From NCBI RefSeq assembly GCF_004010195.1, contig NC_057732.1, positions 40,962,256 through 41,026,255 of the forward strand: DNA of 64,000 bases, in the 5' to 3' direction. The notes below the pieces were generated by a model. That model made no database searches and was not told the DNA's origin. It worked only from the letters and a program-made list of their open reading frames with translations. Both the position numbers and the translations under genes were made by a program. Positions within the stretch are counted from its first letter, which is position 1; the number at the start of each line of letters is the position of its first letter. This stretch comes from Chiloscyllium plagiosum (Eukaryota). Positions 23,971-37,147 of the stretch are shown piece after piece.

Positions 23971-26002
23971 TATTCACTTGTTGCTTCAGAATGAATGTAA
24001 ATAGTGTCCTGCATGAGTAGAAAATGTCTTTGTTTGTAAACTAATTCTAAACTAAGCCAGTGATGAGGAGCTGATTGCCTCTTTCTGAATTGAGTAGTGG
24101 CAAGACCATTATTCATGGATATATTAGCCAAGTGGTTAAAAACCCTGGACTAGTAACATAAAGAGGGTATTATTCAAATATGATTGCAACAAGTACATTA
24201 ATTTTTAAAAAATCTTTAAGCTTTTGGCTTGGCATCAGGAAAATAATTGCGAAGATCATAACAATTCCAAATGTCTCTCAGGGAAGAGAACCTTCCATCT
24301 CCACCTGATTTGTCCAACATGAGACTGCACTTCCACACCATTTGGCTATTTAGTTTATCAGTGAATCTTGCTATGTCAGTGTTGTGTGAACAGTGATCGC
24401 ATGTGTTCTACAATGTTCAGTGGGGACTGCAGTTGCCATTTGAAGCACACATACAGTATGTATTATTTTAGGCTCATTTTGTGCTGTTGGTGACAGGAAG
24501 CACATCAGACACCGGATGTCCAATCTAGTGCACCATCTACAAATTAATTATGAGGAATTAAGCAGTCCAATTAATATGTTAAGGACAATCTTGAATCATT
24601 CTTCAGTTTTTACATGAGAATCAAAAAGTACAGCTTGTAAATTCAGAGCTACAGTAGTAAGCAGCTGCAGGTTTCCTACAACAGCTCATAAACTCTACAG
24701 CAGCTGGAAACATTTATAAATGAATGCAGTGATTTACATACAAACTTGGGCAGGAGTTTGGATTTCAGAAAAGATCTTGTCCTCTGGGCCTCCTCCCTTA
24801 GCAGACAGTTTCATGATGCTTTCCAGACTCTTTATCAGGTGTTTCTTGACTGAGGTGTTTGGGAAATAGGTTTGAAAGGACTGATGCTGCAGTTCGAATC
24901 ACCTACAAAACATGGTGAAACAAAGTTATGCATTTAGAATCATTGAGAATGTGGAAGGATAGAAGAGGTCACCCAGCCCCATTATGCCAATGCTTTTAAT
25001 TTGTGATTTTTCTTTTGCTTTTGGTGCTCTTCCCCATTTACCCATTCTCCCACTGAATCTGCCCACACTTGTGTTTGGAATAACTTTGATAGCCTCTGGT
25101 ATCTCCTCCAGGTGGGCACACTTCATTTATGACATCTCCATACTCCTCCATTTCTGCGATCATGTGTGTCCTCCTTTTCATCTCTCTACCAGTGGTAGCT
25201 GTGCTTTCAGCTCCAAGGCCCCAAAATCTGGAATTCCCTCCCTAAGCGTCTTCACCTCTGTCTCCTACTCTAAGATGCTCCTTTGTCAAGGAAATTACTT
25301 AGTCTAAGACTTCAAGTCTTGCTTCAAGTAGCTTTATTTTTCATGAATTCACAGAGAGGCTGAGAGAGTCTCCAATGTCTAACAGCACTCTCCCGAGCTG
25401 AACAGTCAGCCTATACTTATACAATGATACAAACTACTTTGCTTACATTCTGCAATTTAAAATAATTCAAGATAAAGCTAAGCACGGTGCAGCTATTGCC
25501 TTGTTGCTCAAGGACAGAAAAGCTAACGAGCTCAGGAAGCATCCCTACTAACGAGCCTTTGGTATACTCCCTATATTTCATCAAATTATAATTACGCAAC
25601 CTCAGTCTTTATCTCCAGCAGTATTTCCCCATTAAAGTGAGAGGCTGAGAGCCAAGATAGCTTTTATCTTGGTCAAATATCCCATCATGCAACAATATGC
25701 CAAGTTCTTACTACTTCCACATTCTTAAATACTACCTTGACAAAGCTGACTTACTGTCTCATTATGAGAGTTAAGAATTGAGTTTGCGGTCTTGGGCTGA
25801 ATCTGGAGGTGTCTAGGAATAGTGGGAGGGATCTGCATACAGGAGTCCCACTCCCTTTGCAGGCAGATTTCTCATTCGCCAGTAGGAGGGCATGAATTAC
25901 ACAGATGGGAAAAATTAAAACTCAGTAACAATTATTTGAAGTTAGAGCTGAATTCAGACAGACCCTATTTTGACTGTCCTAATGGCCTAACCCTAGAGAG
26001 TT

Positions 26003-26205
26003 TGATTAGCTTAGTTGGCTGGGCAGCTAGCTTGCAATAGAATGAAACCAACAACATGGGTTCAATTTCTGCACCGACTGAGGTTACTGTGAATCGCTTT
26101 ACCAATCTCCCCTCTTGCCTGAGGCACGGGGACTTCAGTTTAAACCACAAGCAGTCCTATAATGAGAGAGCAGACCTGTAATTCAATAGAACTATGGTGG
26201 TGACC
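26003..26205 (+). mobile_element. tRNA-derived SINE
   Basis: ttagcttagttggctgg...gggttcaatttctgcaccgactgaggttac; same family as 1905-2118. Confidence 0.75.
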
Positions 26206-27529
26206 TCACAATGTGCTATGATATTATGGAGGGTATGTAAACACTGTTGGATGGTGGATAAGCTATGTTTCAATGATCTGAAGTTATTTAGATTCTCTGC
26301 CCATTTAACATGGGAAAAATACTGCTGAAGTGCTAGCTTGATAAGCCATCTTGTTTTGTGAAGAACAAACAAACTATTATTCTGTACCTCCAGTTGCAAT
26401 AGATTTCATTGTTAATATTTAACAAATATCGCCATTACAGCTAAGCCCACTAGGATGCTTGGCTGAGATTCAAGAATCTCCAAAACCATTTATGTCAGTG
26501 CAGGAGATTGAGTTTACATTTTGATTGATATGTTTAAGAGGATGTTAAAAGACTAGCTGTCTTTGATGTGTTCAGGAAAAGTCTTTTTTACAATACATTG
26601 ACCATTTTAGGGGATTTAAAATCTTTAAATGGGTTTCATGAATAAGACTTCATTTTTCAATGCCAGTGTAAATGAATGACAGCTTGCTTAGATTGTTACA
26701 AGTGTTTTTCTCATATCCACATGCTGCTGATCTTTGTCAATGGTGGATACTGGATAGGTGGCTATAACTAGCATGGAGTATATAAGGAGGCAAGGTGGCA
26801 CGGAGCTATGAGGTAGTGTGGGAGTGAGGAGCGGAAGAAAAGACTGATGTCTAGAGTATTTAACAAAAATGTTTCAAAGAATTGAAACAGGCCTTCTAAC
26901 CAGCCTACGTTGGCACTTACCCATTTCTCCATTCACCCCCAAACTGTCTCCAGATGTGACAGGTCTTACCCAATCACACCTCCACTCCCTCATAGAGTGA
27001 AAATCATACATGTATGGGTATTGTTTCCATGGAGGTGGGTCTGTCAAATCAGGAGATTCCCTTACACAAGCTTCCCAAATCCAAAGTAGAAATGTAGCCC
27101 TCGATGTCAATTCTTTTTGATAATTCTATTGTGAATCATATCAACAAATTTCATTACCATTAATGGTGATATATTGCTCTGTGAGACTGATACCCACACA
27201 TCATCTCAACACTTACATTAAAGTATACTGGGTTTGAGGGTGAGCAACTAATTAGTGTGTGACTGGCAGGTGTCATACTACTTTGTCCTTTTGTAAAAAA
27301 GATTAAAGTCAAGAACACAGAATAGAAAACCTAGCATCTATGAGCGTTGCAGAAAAGACGTCATAGTGATGCATCAGCGCTGGAGAAGCAGTAGATAAGT
27401 TCAGGTTAATACTTAAATTAATCCATTTATAATTTAAACTGATCAAATAATTAGCTGCAAAGAATAATTTAACTTGATTAAACACATAAACTTTAATTAG
27501 TTAGATCAATAAAACCACGTTAGATAGAG

Positions 27530-27625
27530 CTAGCAGTCCAGGTAGCATGCCACAACTGCAGCTTGTGGGGAATTTATGGATAGATTTACAATCCTCACCA
27601 TTTCCATCTGGAAGAATTGTCTGAA
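27530..27625 (+). mobile_element. CR1 ORF1 N-terminal zinc-finger remnant
   Basis: Reads approximately VQVACHNCSLWEFMD, a CxxCx(M/L)WE motif typical of CR1 ORF1. Confidence 0.45.
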
Positions 27626-30318
27626 TCTCAAGGAGCATATATTAGGCAATGAGGGAGTTGGTTGGGAGTCAAACAGTCAGGGTAGGCAGGGACAAGGTAG
27701 GACTAATAAATTAAACTGCATTTATTTCAATGCAAGGGGCCTAACAGGGAAGGCAGATGAACTCAGGGCATGGTTAGGAACATGGAACTGGGATATCATA
27801 GCAATTACTGAAACATGGCTCAGGGATGGGCAGGACTGGCAACTTAAAGTTCCAGGATACAAATGCGACTGGAAGGATAGAAAGGGAGGCAAGAGAGGAG
27901 GGGGAGTGGCATTTTTGATAAGGGGTAGCATTACAGCTATGCTGAGGGAGGATATTCCCGGAAATACATCCAGGGAAGTTATTTAGGTGAAACGGAGAAA
28001 TAAGAAAGGGATGATAACCTTATTGGGATTGTATTATAGACCCCTTAATAGTCAGAGGGAAATTGAGAAACAAACTTGTAAGGAGGTCTCAGCTATCTGT
28101 AAGAATAATAGGGTGGTTATGGTAGGGGATTTAACTTTCCAAACATAGACTGGGACTGCCATAGTGTTAAGGGTTTAGATGGAGAGGAATTTGTTAAGTG
28201 TATACAAGAAAATTTTCTGATTTAGTATGTGGATGCACCTACTAGAGAAGGTGCAAAACTTGACCTACTCTTGGGAAATAAGGCAGGGCAGGTGACTGAG
28301 GTGTCAGTGGGGGAGCACTTTGGGGCCAGCGACCATAATTCTATTAGATTTAAAATAGTGATGGAAAAGGATAGATCAGAATTGGAGAAAGGCCAATTTT
28401 GATGATATTAGGCAAGAACATTTGAAAGCTGATTGGGGGCAGATTTTCGCAGGCAAAGGGACGGCTGGAAAATAGGAAGCCTTCAGAAATGAGATAACGA
28501 GAATCCAGAGAAAAGATATTCCTGTTAGGGTGAAAGGAAAGGCTGGTAAGTATAGGGAATGCTGGATGACAAAAGAAATTGAGGGTTTGGTTAAGAAAAA
28601 GAAGGAAGCATATGTAAAGTATAGACAGGATAGATCGAGTGAACCCTTAGAAGAGTATAAAGGAAGTAGGAGTATACTTAAGAAGGAAATCAGGAGGGCA
28701 AAAAGGGGCCATGAGATAGTTTTGGCAAATAGAATTAAGGCGAATCCAAAGAGTTTTTACAAATACATAAAGGACAAAAAGGTAACTGGGGAGAGAATAG
28801 GGTCCCCCAAAGATCAGCAAGGCGGCCTTTGTGTGGAGCTGCAGAAAATGGGGGAGATACTAAATGAGTATTTTGCATCAGTATTTACTGTGGAAAAGGA
28901 TATGGAAGATACAGACTGTAGGGAAATAGATGGTGACACCTTGCAAAATGTCCATATTACAGAGAAGGAAGTGCTGGATGTCTTGAAACGGGTAAAGGTG
29001 GGTAAATCCCCAGGACCTGACTAGGTGTACCCTAGAACTCTGTGGGAAGCTAGAGAAGTGATAGCTGCGCCTCTGGCTGAGATATTTGTATCATCGATAG
29101 TCACAGGTGAGGTGCCGGAAGACTGGAGGTTGGCTAACGTGGTGCCACTTTTTAAAAAGGGTGGTAAGGACAAGCCATGGAACTATAGACCAGTGAGCCT
29201 GACCTCAGTGGTGGGCAAGTTGTTGGAGGGAATCCTGAGAAATGGGATGTACATGTATTTGGAAAGGCAAGGACTGATTAGGGATAGTCAACATGGCTTT
29301 GTGTGTGGGAAATCATGTCTCACAAACTTGATTGAGTTTTTTGAAGAAGTAACAAAGAGGATTGGTGAGGGCAGAGCAGTAGATGTGATCAATATGGACT
29401 TCAGTAAGGCGTTCGACAAGGTTCCCCATGGGAGACTGGTTAGCAAGGTTAGATCTCATGGAATACAAGGAGAAGTAGCCATTTGGATACAGAACTGGCT
29501 CAAAGGTAGAAGACAGAGGGTGGTGGTAGAGGGTTGTTTTTCAGACTGGATGCCTGTGACCAGTGGAGTGCCACAAGGATCGGTGCTGGTTCCTCTCCTT
29601 TTTGTCATTTACATAAATGATTTGGATGCGAGCATAAGAGGTACAGTTAGTAAGTTTGCAGATGACACCAAAATTGGAGGTGCACTGGCCGCGAAGATGG
29701 GTTACCTCAGATTACAATAGGATGTTGACCAGATGGGCCAATGGGCTGAGAAGTGCCAGATGGAGTTTAATTCAGATAAATGNNNNNNNNNNNNNNNNNN
29801 NNNNNNNNNNNNNNNNNNNNNNNNNNNNNNNNNNNNNNNNNNNNNNNNNNNNNNNNNNNNNNNNNNNNNNNNNNNNNNNNNNNNNNNNNNNNNNNNNNNN
29901 NNNNNNNNNNNNNNNNNNNNGACCGTCGGAGACTGAGGGGTGACCTTATAGAAGTTTACAAAATTATGAGGGGCATGGATAGGGTAAATAGGCAAAGTCT
30001 TTTCCCTGGGGTCGGGGAGTCCAGAGCTAGAGGGCATAGGTTTAGGGTGAGAGGGGAAAGATATAAAAGAGACCTACAGGGCAACCTTTTCACACAGAGC
30101 GTAGTACGTGTTTGGAATGAGCTGCCAGAGGAAGTGGTGGAGGCTGGTACAATTGCAACATTTAAGAGGCAAATGGATGGGTATATGAATAGAAAGGGTT
30201 TGGAGCGATATGGACCGGGTGCTGGCAGGTGGGACTAGATTCAGTTGGGATATCTGGGTGGCATGGATGGGTTGGACTGAAGGGTCTATTGCCATGCTGT
30301 ACATCTCTATGACTCTAA
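27625..30318 (+). pseudogene. CR1 (HER1-like) LINE, near-complete ORF2 (APE endonuclease + reverse transcriptase), disrupted by stops and frameshifts
   Basis: CIYFNARGL, DIIAITETWL, RGGGVA, KSPGPD, NYRPVSLTSVVGK, QHGF, DFSKAFDKVPH, GVPQGSVL, KFADD and WNELPEEVVEAG, followed by the 3' UTR and tail. Confidence 0.95.
29783..29920. other. Assembly gap (N run)
   Basis: 138 N. Confidence 1.
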
Positions 30319-30603
30319 GACTGGGATGGGCTTTACTTAAACTGGCTGGGATCTGTGCATTTGCAAATTGAATCACTTGATTATTCAAACTGCATCAAAT
30401 CTCTGGGATTAAATGGAGTGTTAGACTAAAGATGGGGAATGGGAAGATTCAAGAAAGGATACGTTCAAATGCAGGAAGGGAAATATCAAGGTCAAAGAGT
30501 AGAGTAGCAAATTAAACAAAAATAAGCTAGATAGGTCAAGTAGGGACAGAGAGCATAACTAAAGTAATATGACATTGTGAGTAAAGTGTCACTATTGAAA
30601 CAT

Positions 30604-31130
30604 AGGGCAGGATATTTCAGAGAGCCTGGTTTCCCACCCCACCAGCTGGAGTCACACTATGAAGTGATAATTGGCTGGAGATGGGACTCTTGCCTTCACT
30701 CAAGTGGAAGTCCCACCTCAGAGAGCTGCTGGACAGTCAGTCTGCCTGGTGGCTCTTTTGTCTTAGTTGCACAAGAGGCAGTGGTGCCTTTGACTGGGAT
30801 TACAGGCTGTTTTATTATCTACGTGGACACGGAGAGTGATTCCCAAGACAGGGTGGTCAGTGTGACCTGGAAAGTTGGAAAGATGGCAGTAGTGAATTTA
30901 ATGGAGTGCCAGGGTTGTATGAGCACATGTAGGGGGTTAGACCTTTGGGATAAGTGGGGTATCCAATAACAAAAGGGAATCATTGGTGGTGGAGCCATCC
31001 CTTTTAACCAGAGACTGGAGCAGGCTGAGGTGAGTGGCTTCCCCTAATCCCTGAACACCTACGTATGTAAAAATTGAGAATGTGCATGATTGATCTCTTT
31101 AAGTGGCCAATAATAAGCCATTTAAGGACT
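30604..31130. mobile_element. Putative decayed non-autonomous DNA transposon
   Basis: Starts gggcaggatattt; GC-richer block with ggaagtcccacctcagagagctgctgg. No matching right TIR was identified. Confidence 0.3.
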
Positions 31131-31228
31131 TTGGCTGTTACAAGGACAGGAAAACCAGTTTAGACCATGCCAGGCCCCTCTGGAGTTATGGACAAGTTGG
31201 GAGGGTGTGACAAGACTGTGGGAACAAA

Positions 31229-31321
31229 GCCCTGATGAATGCCTTATGGCTGAAACATCGATTCTCCTGCTCCTCGGATGCTGTCTGACCTGCTGTGATT
31301 GTCCAGCACCACACTCTTGAG
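31229..31321 (+). mobile_element. Penelope terminal fragment with degenerate hammerhead core
   Basis: ctgatgaatgccttatggctgaaacatcgattctcctgctcc...; flanked by the direct repeat gtgggaacaaa. Confidence 0.75.
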
Positions 31322-31754
31322 TGGGAACAAAAGGACAGGAATGGGGTATTCAGAATAGTTTGAGGGTTACTGAGAAGTCAGTTTTAGAAAATTGGACAAA
31401 GGTCATTAGAGGAGAAGGTTTCCACTTTTAAGCTGCTCGTCAGTCAAGTACTTCAGAGCTTCTTTGCTCTGCTCCTTCCCAAAAAAGGTGTTAAGGAGCA
31501 ATTGTAATCAGTTAGGACTCAGGAGATGCTCTGGCAACCAATAGGTGTAGCTAAAGTCAAAAACAAACACAGAGAATGTTGGAGAAACTTAATGCATCTG
31601 GCAACATCCATGGAGAGAAAAACAGAGTTAAACTTTCGAGTCTAGTGGGACATTTTTCAGAACTACTACTTAGAAAACGCCGTGGTAGCTGTGGTTTTTT
31701 GGAAGAGACCTTTCTTTCATTAATACATTAGTGGTGGGTAGGTTTTTGGAGGGG

Positions 31755-32360
31755 ACTCTGAGAGATAGGATTTACACACATTTGGAGAAGCAAGGACTGA
31801 TTACAGATAGTCAGAATGGCTTTCTGCATAAGAAGTCATGCCTCACAAACTTGATTTAGATTTTTAAGGATATAACCACAAAGATTGATGAGGGCAGAGC
31901 AGTAGATGTTGTCTATGTGAACTTTAGTGAAGCCTTTGACAAAGTTCTGCATGGTGGACTAATTAGTAAATTTAGATCACATGGGATTCAGGGAGAGCTT
32001 GCAAATTTGATGCAAAATTAGCTTGACAGTATATGCTATAAGGATTTTCCCCTAGCTGGGGAATCTAGAGATTGAAGTTACATATTCAAAATAAGGACTG
32101 AGGTGAGGAGAGAAACCACTTACGACTCAAACGAGGAACAAGTTTGTAATTCAGTGGATCAAAATCTTTGGAATTCATTACCCTAGAGATCATTGTACAG
32201 TCATTGAGCAGACTCAAATCAGAGATTGATATATTTCTTTGATATGTAAGGGAGTCAAAAGAAGGTGAAGCTGAGGTGGATCCACCATAGTCTTACTGAA
32301 CAACAGAGTATGTTCAAAGGGCTGTATAGCTTACTCCTACTCTGATTTTATATGTTCTTA
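31755..32360 (+). mobile_element. CR1 RT fragment plus an older CR1 3' end
   Basis: 31755-32030 is homologous to 29235-29500 (QGLI.DSQ.GF, DEGRAVDVVY, AFDKV). Confidence 0.75.
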
Positions 32361-35047
32361 GAAGTTTGAGAAAAGAGATTCCAAAACACCTATTGGACTA
32401 TCTGTCAACACAGTGAATATCTCGAAGGACAGTCCTGAGGGTTTTGCTGGCAATGAACCAGAATCAGACAACAAATCAAAAAATCCAAACATCTAACAGT
32501 ATTCTTCAAACATAAAAATTTAACCATCTCTGTTCAGTTCTGCTGTTATTTAGCTGAACAATAGAAACCAATAGCATAATTCAGGTTTGCAAATCGCATA
32601 TTGCAGTATCCAGGTACAAGTCTAATGTTGCCGACAGAAGAACTAGCCTCTGGAAATATACATTTGTGGACTTCATTAGACAGGAAGATAATCAATGACT
32701 TCAGAATTTTGCAAACACTTAAGAAGTGAAAAATGTACTTCCACCAACAATATAACCAAATGATTTCTTGTACCCAACTAAACAGTATATTTCGGCTGAA
32801 AGTATTTGAAAGAAAATGTGAGATCAAAGCAAATGCATCACAACACACCATTCCCAAAGGATTGTTCAATTATTGTATAGGTCAAGTGGAAAAAAAGCAA
32901 AGTGTGAAACGATCTGGACAGAAGTGTGCTAATCTTGTATGGGTGAGTGATTGGGTGTCTGATATGCCTTTGGGAAAGAACTACTCAAAGTATCCCTCCC
33001 ATGTTCTCACCTTATTACAAAAAGGTCAAAAGGATCACAACAATTAACATTCCAGGAAGTCTTTCTGGCCAGGTGTTCAATCAGTCTGAGATTTAAAAAA
33101 AATGATCAAAAACGCTGGTGAAGAGGGCTGGACAGTAAATGTCTGTTTTGCACCTTTGGGTAATGCTGCTTTGGGAATGTCAATGTTTTACTCAGGCAAT
33201 AGTTTCGAGCCTGCTGCTCTATCTTGGGAAAGTGCAAACCAGCCCATAAATTATAAGCAATCCATACGCCCTGGCAATAAACAAGGAGCTCAGTTCCATT
33301 TGTTTCATGTTTCTTGCCTACTGATATGCTTATGTCGATAGTTTTTACAGAATTGGAAAGGAATGCACTATTCTCATTGATAAATCCTAAAACAGAACAT
33401 CCAGGACTGATGGTCTATGTAGTTCAACACAGCCAAATTCATGGAAAGACTGATAATTGGTCTGCAATGATATATGTCAAAGCAACTCACATCAAAAAAG
33501 TTGGACACTAATAATTGACACGTATTTAAGACAACTCAGGCACATCAAAAATGTACAAAATGGTATAAATGGAGGCAGGGTCTAAAACATTTCTAAATAA
33601 ATAATTTTTGCTTTTTAAAATTCTGACATGGTATATAAGAGATTAAAAACACCGCTCCCATCGAGGTCACTTCAAGTTCGACATTAAATAATTCTTACAG
33701 ATTTTAATCGGCTGGTTTTTTTTACCCAAAGTAATCATTTCAAATATATATATATATAAATGTGTTCAAACAAGCATTTGATTGACAGTTGTGTTGATAT
33801 TTATTAAAGTCAGCTTGATTACAATTACTTCTTTGAATACAATTATCCACCATCTTCTATAAATCAGAAAAGCTGACTGTAATAGTTGAAGACAGAAAAT
33901 CAGGCCAGCGTGTGAAAAGAAAGAATTGTGACAACAGAGTGCTATTAATAATCATCATTTGGTACACCAATAATAAACTATTCAGTAGTAACGTTAGCTA
34001 TTGCTCAATGGGTAGCACTCTCATATTAGAGTCAGATAGGCACAAGTGCAACATAGAAAATAGGAGCAAGGGTAGACCATTCGGCCCTTTAAGCCTGCTC
34101 CTCCATTCAATATGATCATGGCTGATCACCTAACTCAGTACCCTCATCCCACTTTCTCCCCATACCCTTAGTTGCAGATCTAACTCCTCTTGAAAATATT
34201 CAATGTTTGGCCTCAAACACTTCCTGTGGCAGAGAGTTTCACAGGCTTAACACTTTCTGGGTAAAGAAATTTCAAGGTGAACTTGAGTAGAATCTCTATA
34301 CTATCTCTTCAGGGTAAGAAGTACTGAGACCCCAAGTTTCCTCTCAGGTATTGGTAAAAGATTCACTTTTGCTGTTTCAAAGAAAGGAAGGAGAGTTTTC
34401 CCTTCTCCCCTGTTTAACATCCATCTCTCAATGGACATTACAAAAACAGATGGGCCTAAATCTTCTGACCTACATCAAACTCTCTATTTCTGACCTAGGT
34501 CAGACAAAAAGTTGCCTGCTTACCTCCCAAAATTGTTTTACACCCAGCATCTGGAACAGGATCCATCCTAACAGTTGTAGTGCAACAATCCTCACAAGGA
34601 ACTGCATGAAAATCCGAGTGGAAGACACATTCCTTTTTTTTTTATGTAGCACAGGCTACAGTATTATTGTCAGTAAACACAAGTTAAAGGTCCAAAGCCC
34701 CTTTGGGAAATTACAGGAGAAATTAGTTTTGTAAGATGAATGTATGTGAGTTATGGTAGAGGCGAGTCAAGGAGTTTGGATATGGTGGGTGTGTGAGGTG
34801 GTAGGGTGGTTGAGGGGTTAGGGAGGCAGATGGTGTGTGAGTGCATACAATGCTGGTGGGTCGAGGGGTTGGGATAGCAGTGAGGTAGGCAAGGGTAGTT
34901 CTGATTAAGGGAAAAGTCAGGTTGGATTAGGATGTTGGGGAGATTGGACAGTGGGCAGGCAAATGATTGGGAGGGATATGGTCAGGGTGGTTGTCAGGGA
35001 GTTAAGGCAAATCAGAGACTTGCAGAGAATTAGCAGAGGTGGGGGTT

Positions 35048-36208
35048 AAGACCATAAGACATAGGATCAGAAATTAGGCCATTCAGCCCATTGAGTCTGC
35101 TCCGCCATTCAATCATGGCTGATAAGTTTCTCAACCCCATTCTTCCGCTTTCTCCCCATAACCGTTGATCCCCTTGATACTCAAAAACCTATCTGTCTCA
35201 GTCTTACATATAGTCAATGACCAGGCCTCCATAGCATTTTGTATCAATGAATTCCATAGATTCACCACTCTCTAGTTGAAGAAATTTCTCCTTATTTCCA
35301 TTCTAAAAGGTTTTACCTTTATTCTAAGGCTGTGTCCTCGGGTCCTAGTCTCTCCTATCAATGGAAACATTTTCCCAACATCTACTCTGTCCATACCATT
35401 CACTATTCTGTATGTTTCAATTAGATTTCCCAATTGAGTACTAAAAAGTCCTCAAACGTTCCTCACACGTTAAGCTTTTCATTCCTGGGACCATTCTCAT
35501 GAAACTCCTTGTACGGGTTCCAGGGCCAGTACATCCTGCCTAAGATATGAGGCCAAAAACTACTCACAATACTCCAAATGTAGTCTGACCAGAGCTTTAC
35601 AGCACCTCAGAATACATCCCTGCTTTTATATTCAAGTCCTCTCAAAATAAATGCCATTATTGCATTTGCCTTCCTAACTACTGACTCAACCTGCAAGTTT
35701 ACCTTGAGAGAATCCTGGACTAGAATTACCAAGTCTCTTTGAATTTAATACTTCTGAATTTTCTCCCCATTTAGAAAATATGCCTCTACTCTTCCTACCA
35801 AAGTGCATGACCTCACATTTGCCCATGGTGTACTCCATCTGCCACTTCTTTGCCCACTCTCCTAACCTGTCCAAATCCTTCTGCAACCTCTCTGCCTCCT
35901 CAATGCTATCTGTTCCTCTATCTATCGTTGTATCATCTGCAAACTTAGCCAGAATGCCCTCAGTTCCTTCATCTACATCGTTAATGTATAAAGTGAAAAG
36001 TTGTGGTTCCAATACAGAACCTTGCGGAACACCATTTGTCACCGGCTGCCATCCTGAGAAAGCACCCTTTTATCCCCACTCTCTGCTTTCTGCCAGACAG
36101 CCAGGCTTCTATTCATGCTTGCATCTTGCCTCTGACACCATGGGCCCTTATCTTATTCAGTAGCCTCCTGAGTAGGACCTTGTCAAAGGCCTTGTTGAAG
36201 TCCAGGTT
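35048..36208 (-). mobile_element. CR1 LINE, RT through 3' end
   Basis: ORF 35686-36042 reads GVPQGSVLEPQLFTLYIND...KFADDT...LQKDLDRLGEWAKKWQM; taagaccataagacata tail. Confidence 0.9.
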
Positions 36209-36520
36209 CAGTAGTACAACAACTGTTGCCATTTCTGGGTAACTGTCCAGTTAATTGATTTGGAACCCTTAAAAAGTTTCCAATTCTAGCTCAGAGTTGC
36301 AGAACTTTTGGGGAGGGTTCAGGAAGTTGAGCAATTGTGTGCTTGTAATTTATATCTCCTGGACAATTCCTTTGTATACAGCGGATCTGAAATTCTAAGG
36401 GGTCCCAATGTGCATTTTTCAGGGTTCACCTGGTCTCCAACAATCTGGAAAGTGGAAGATCTAGTCAATATCACATTGCTGTTTTTAGGAGATTGCTATG
36501 CAAATTATTGGTGTGTTGCT

Positions 36521-37147
36521 TGTTATGGACCAGACCAACCTTCTTCAAAATATGTCAAACAAATAGCCTAGACCCTAATTTGTAGCTTATTTAAAGATAA
36601 GTGTATGGTGCTCTGTTCCAGATGTGATTTAATTCATCAAACTACTATGCTATAAGCAAAATACTCTTTATTCTTGAACTACAATTAAAATACAAACAAA
36701 AAAAGTCACAACTTTAGCTCTATTAAAATACGTAATACAAATAATAAATTATTTAACTACTAGCCATCAACTGTTCCAATATTGTAGCATCCCAAAAACA
36801 AACCCTTGGCAAAGGCAAATTCTACAAAACTGATTTCTCTCACTCACAATCTCTTCCAGAAAAGAAAAGCTGAGTCTAACATCAGAAAGGACACAAGCGT
36901 TCTGCCGGAGCAGAGAGAAAGCTGTACCTAGCAGCTTCAAAAACCCTAACTCCAACAACTGAAGGTAAAAAACTAAAAAACCCTGTGTCTGTGTGACTCC
37001 ACCCACTCATACTTCTATTGTCTAATTTCAAAAAACAAAGCTATTTACTCTGCTTTCCATGGATCAGATACCTCAGCACCAGATTTCAACACCCCACTTC
37101 AGACAACCAGGACAGACAAATCACTCTTAAAGACACATATTATCACA
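36521..37147 (-). mobile_element. Solo LTR (Gypsy-type) inserted into a Deu-domain SINE
   Basis: TGTTAT...ATCACA termini; 4-bp TSD TGCT at 36517-36520 and 37148-37151; tttatt (minus-strand AATAAA) at about 36667; SINE sequence resumes on both sides. Confidence 0.8.

Noticed and set aside
34740-35045. G-rich strand-biased tract
   Set aside because: Low-complexity sequence with no periodic unit or coding signal; probably a decayed repeat interior.
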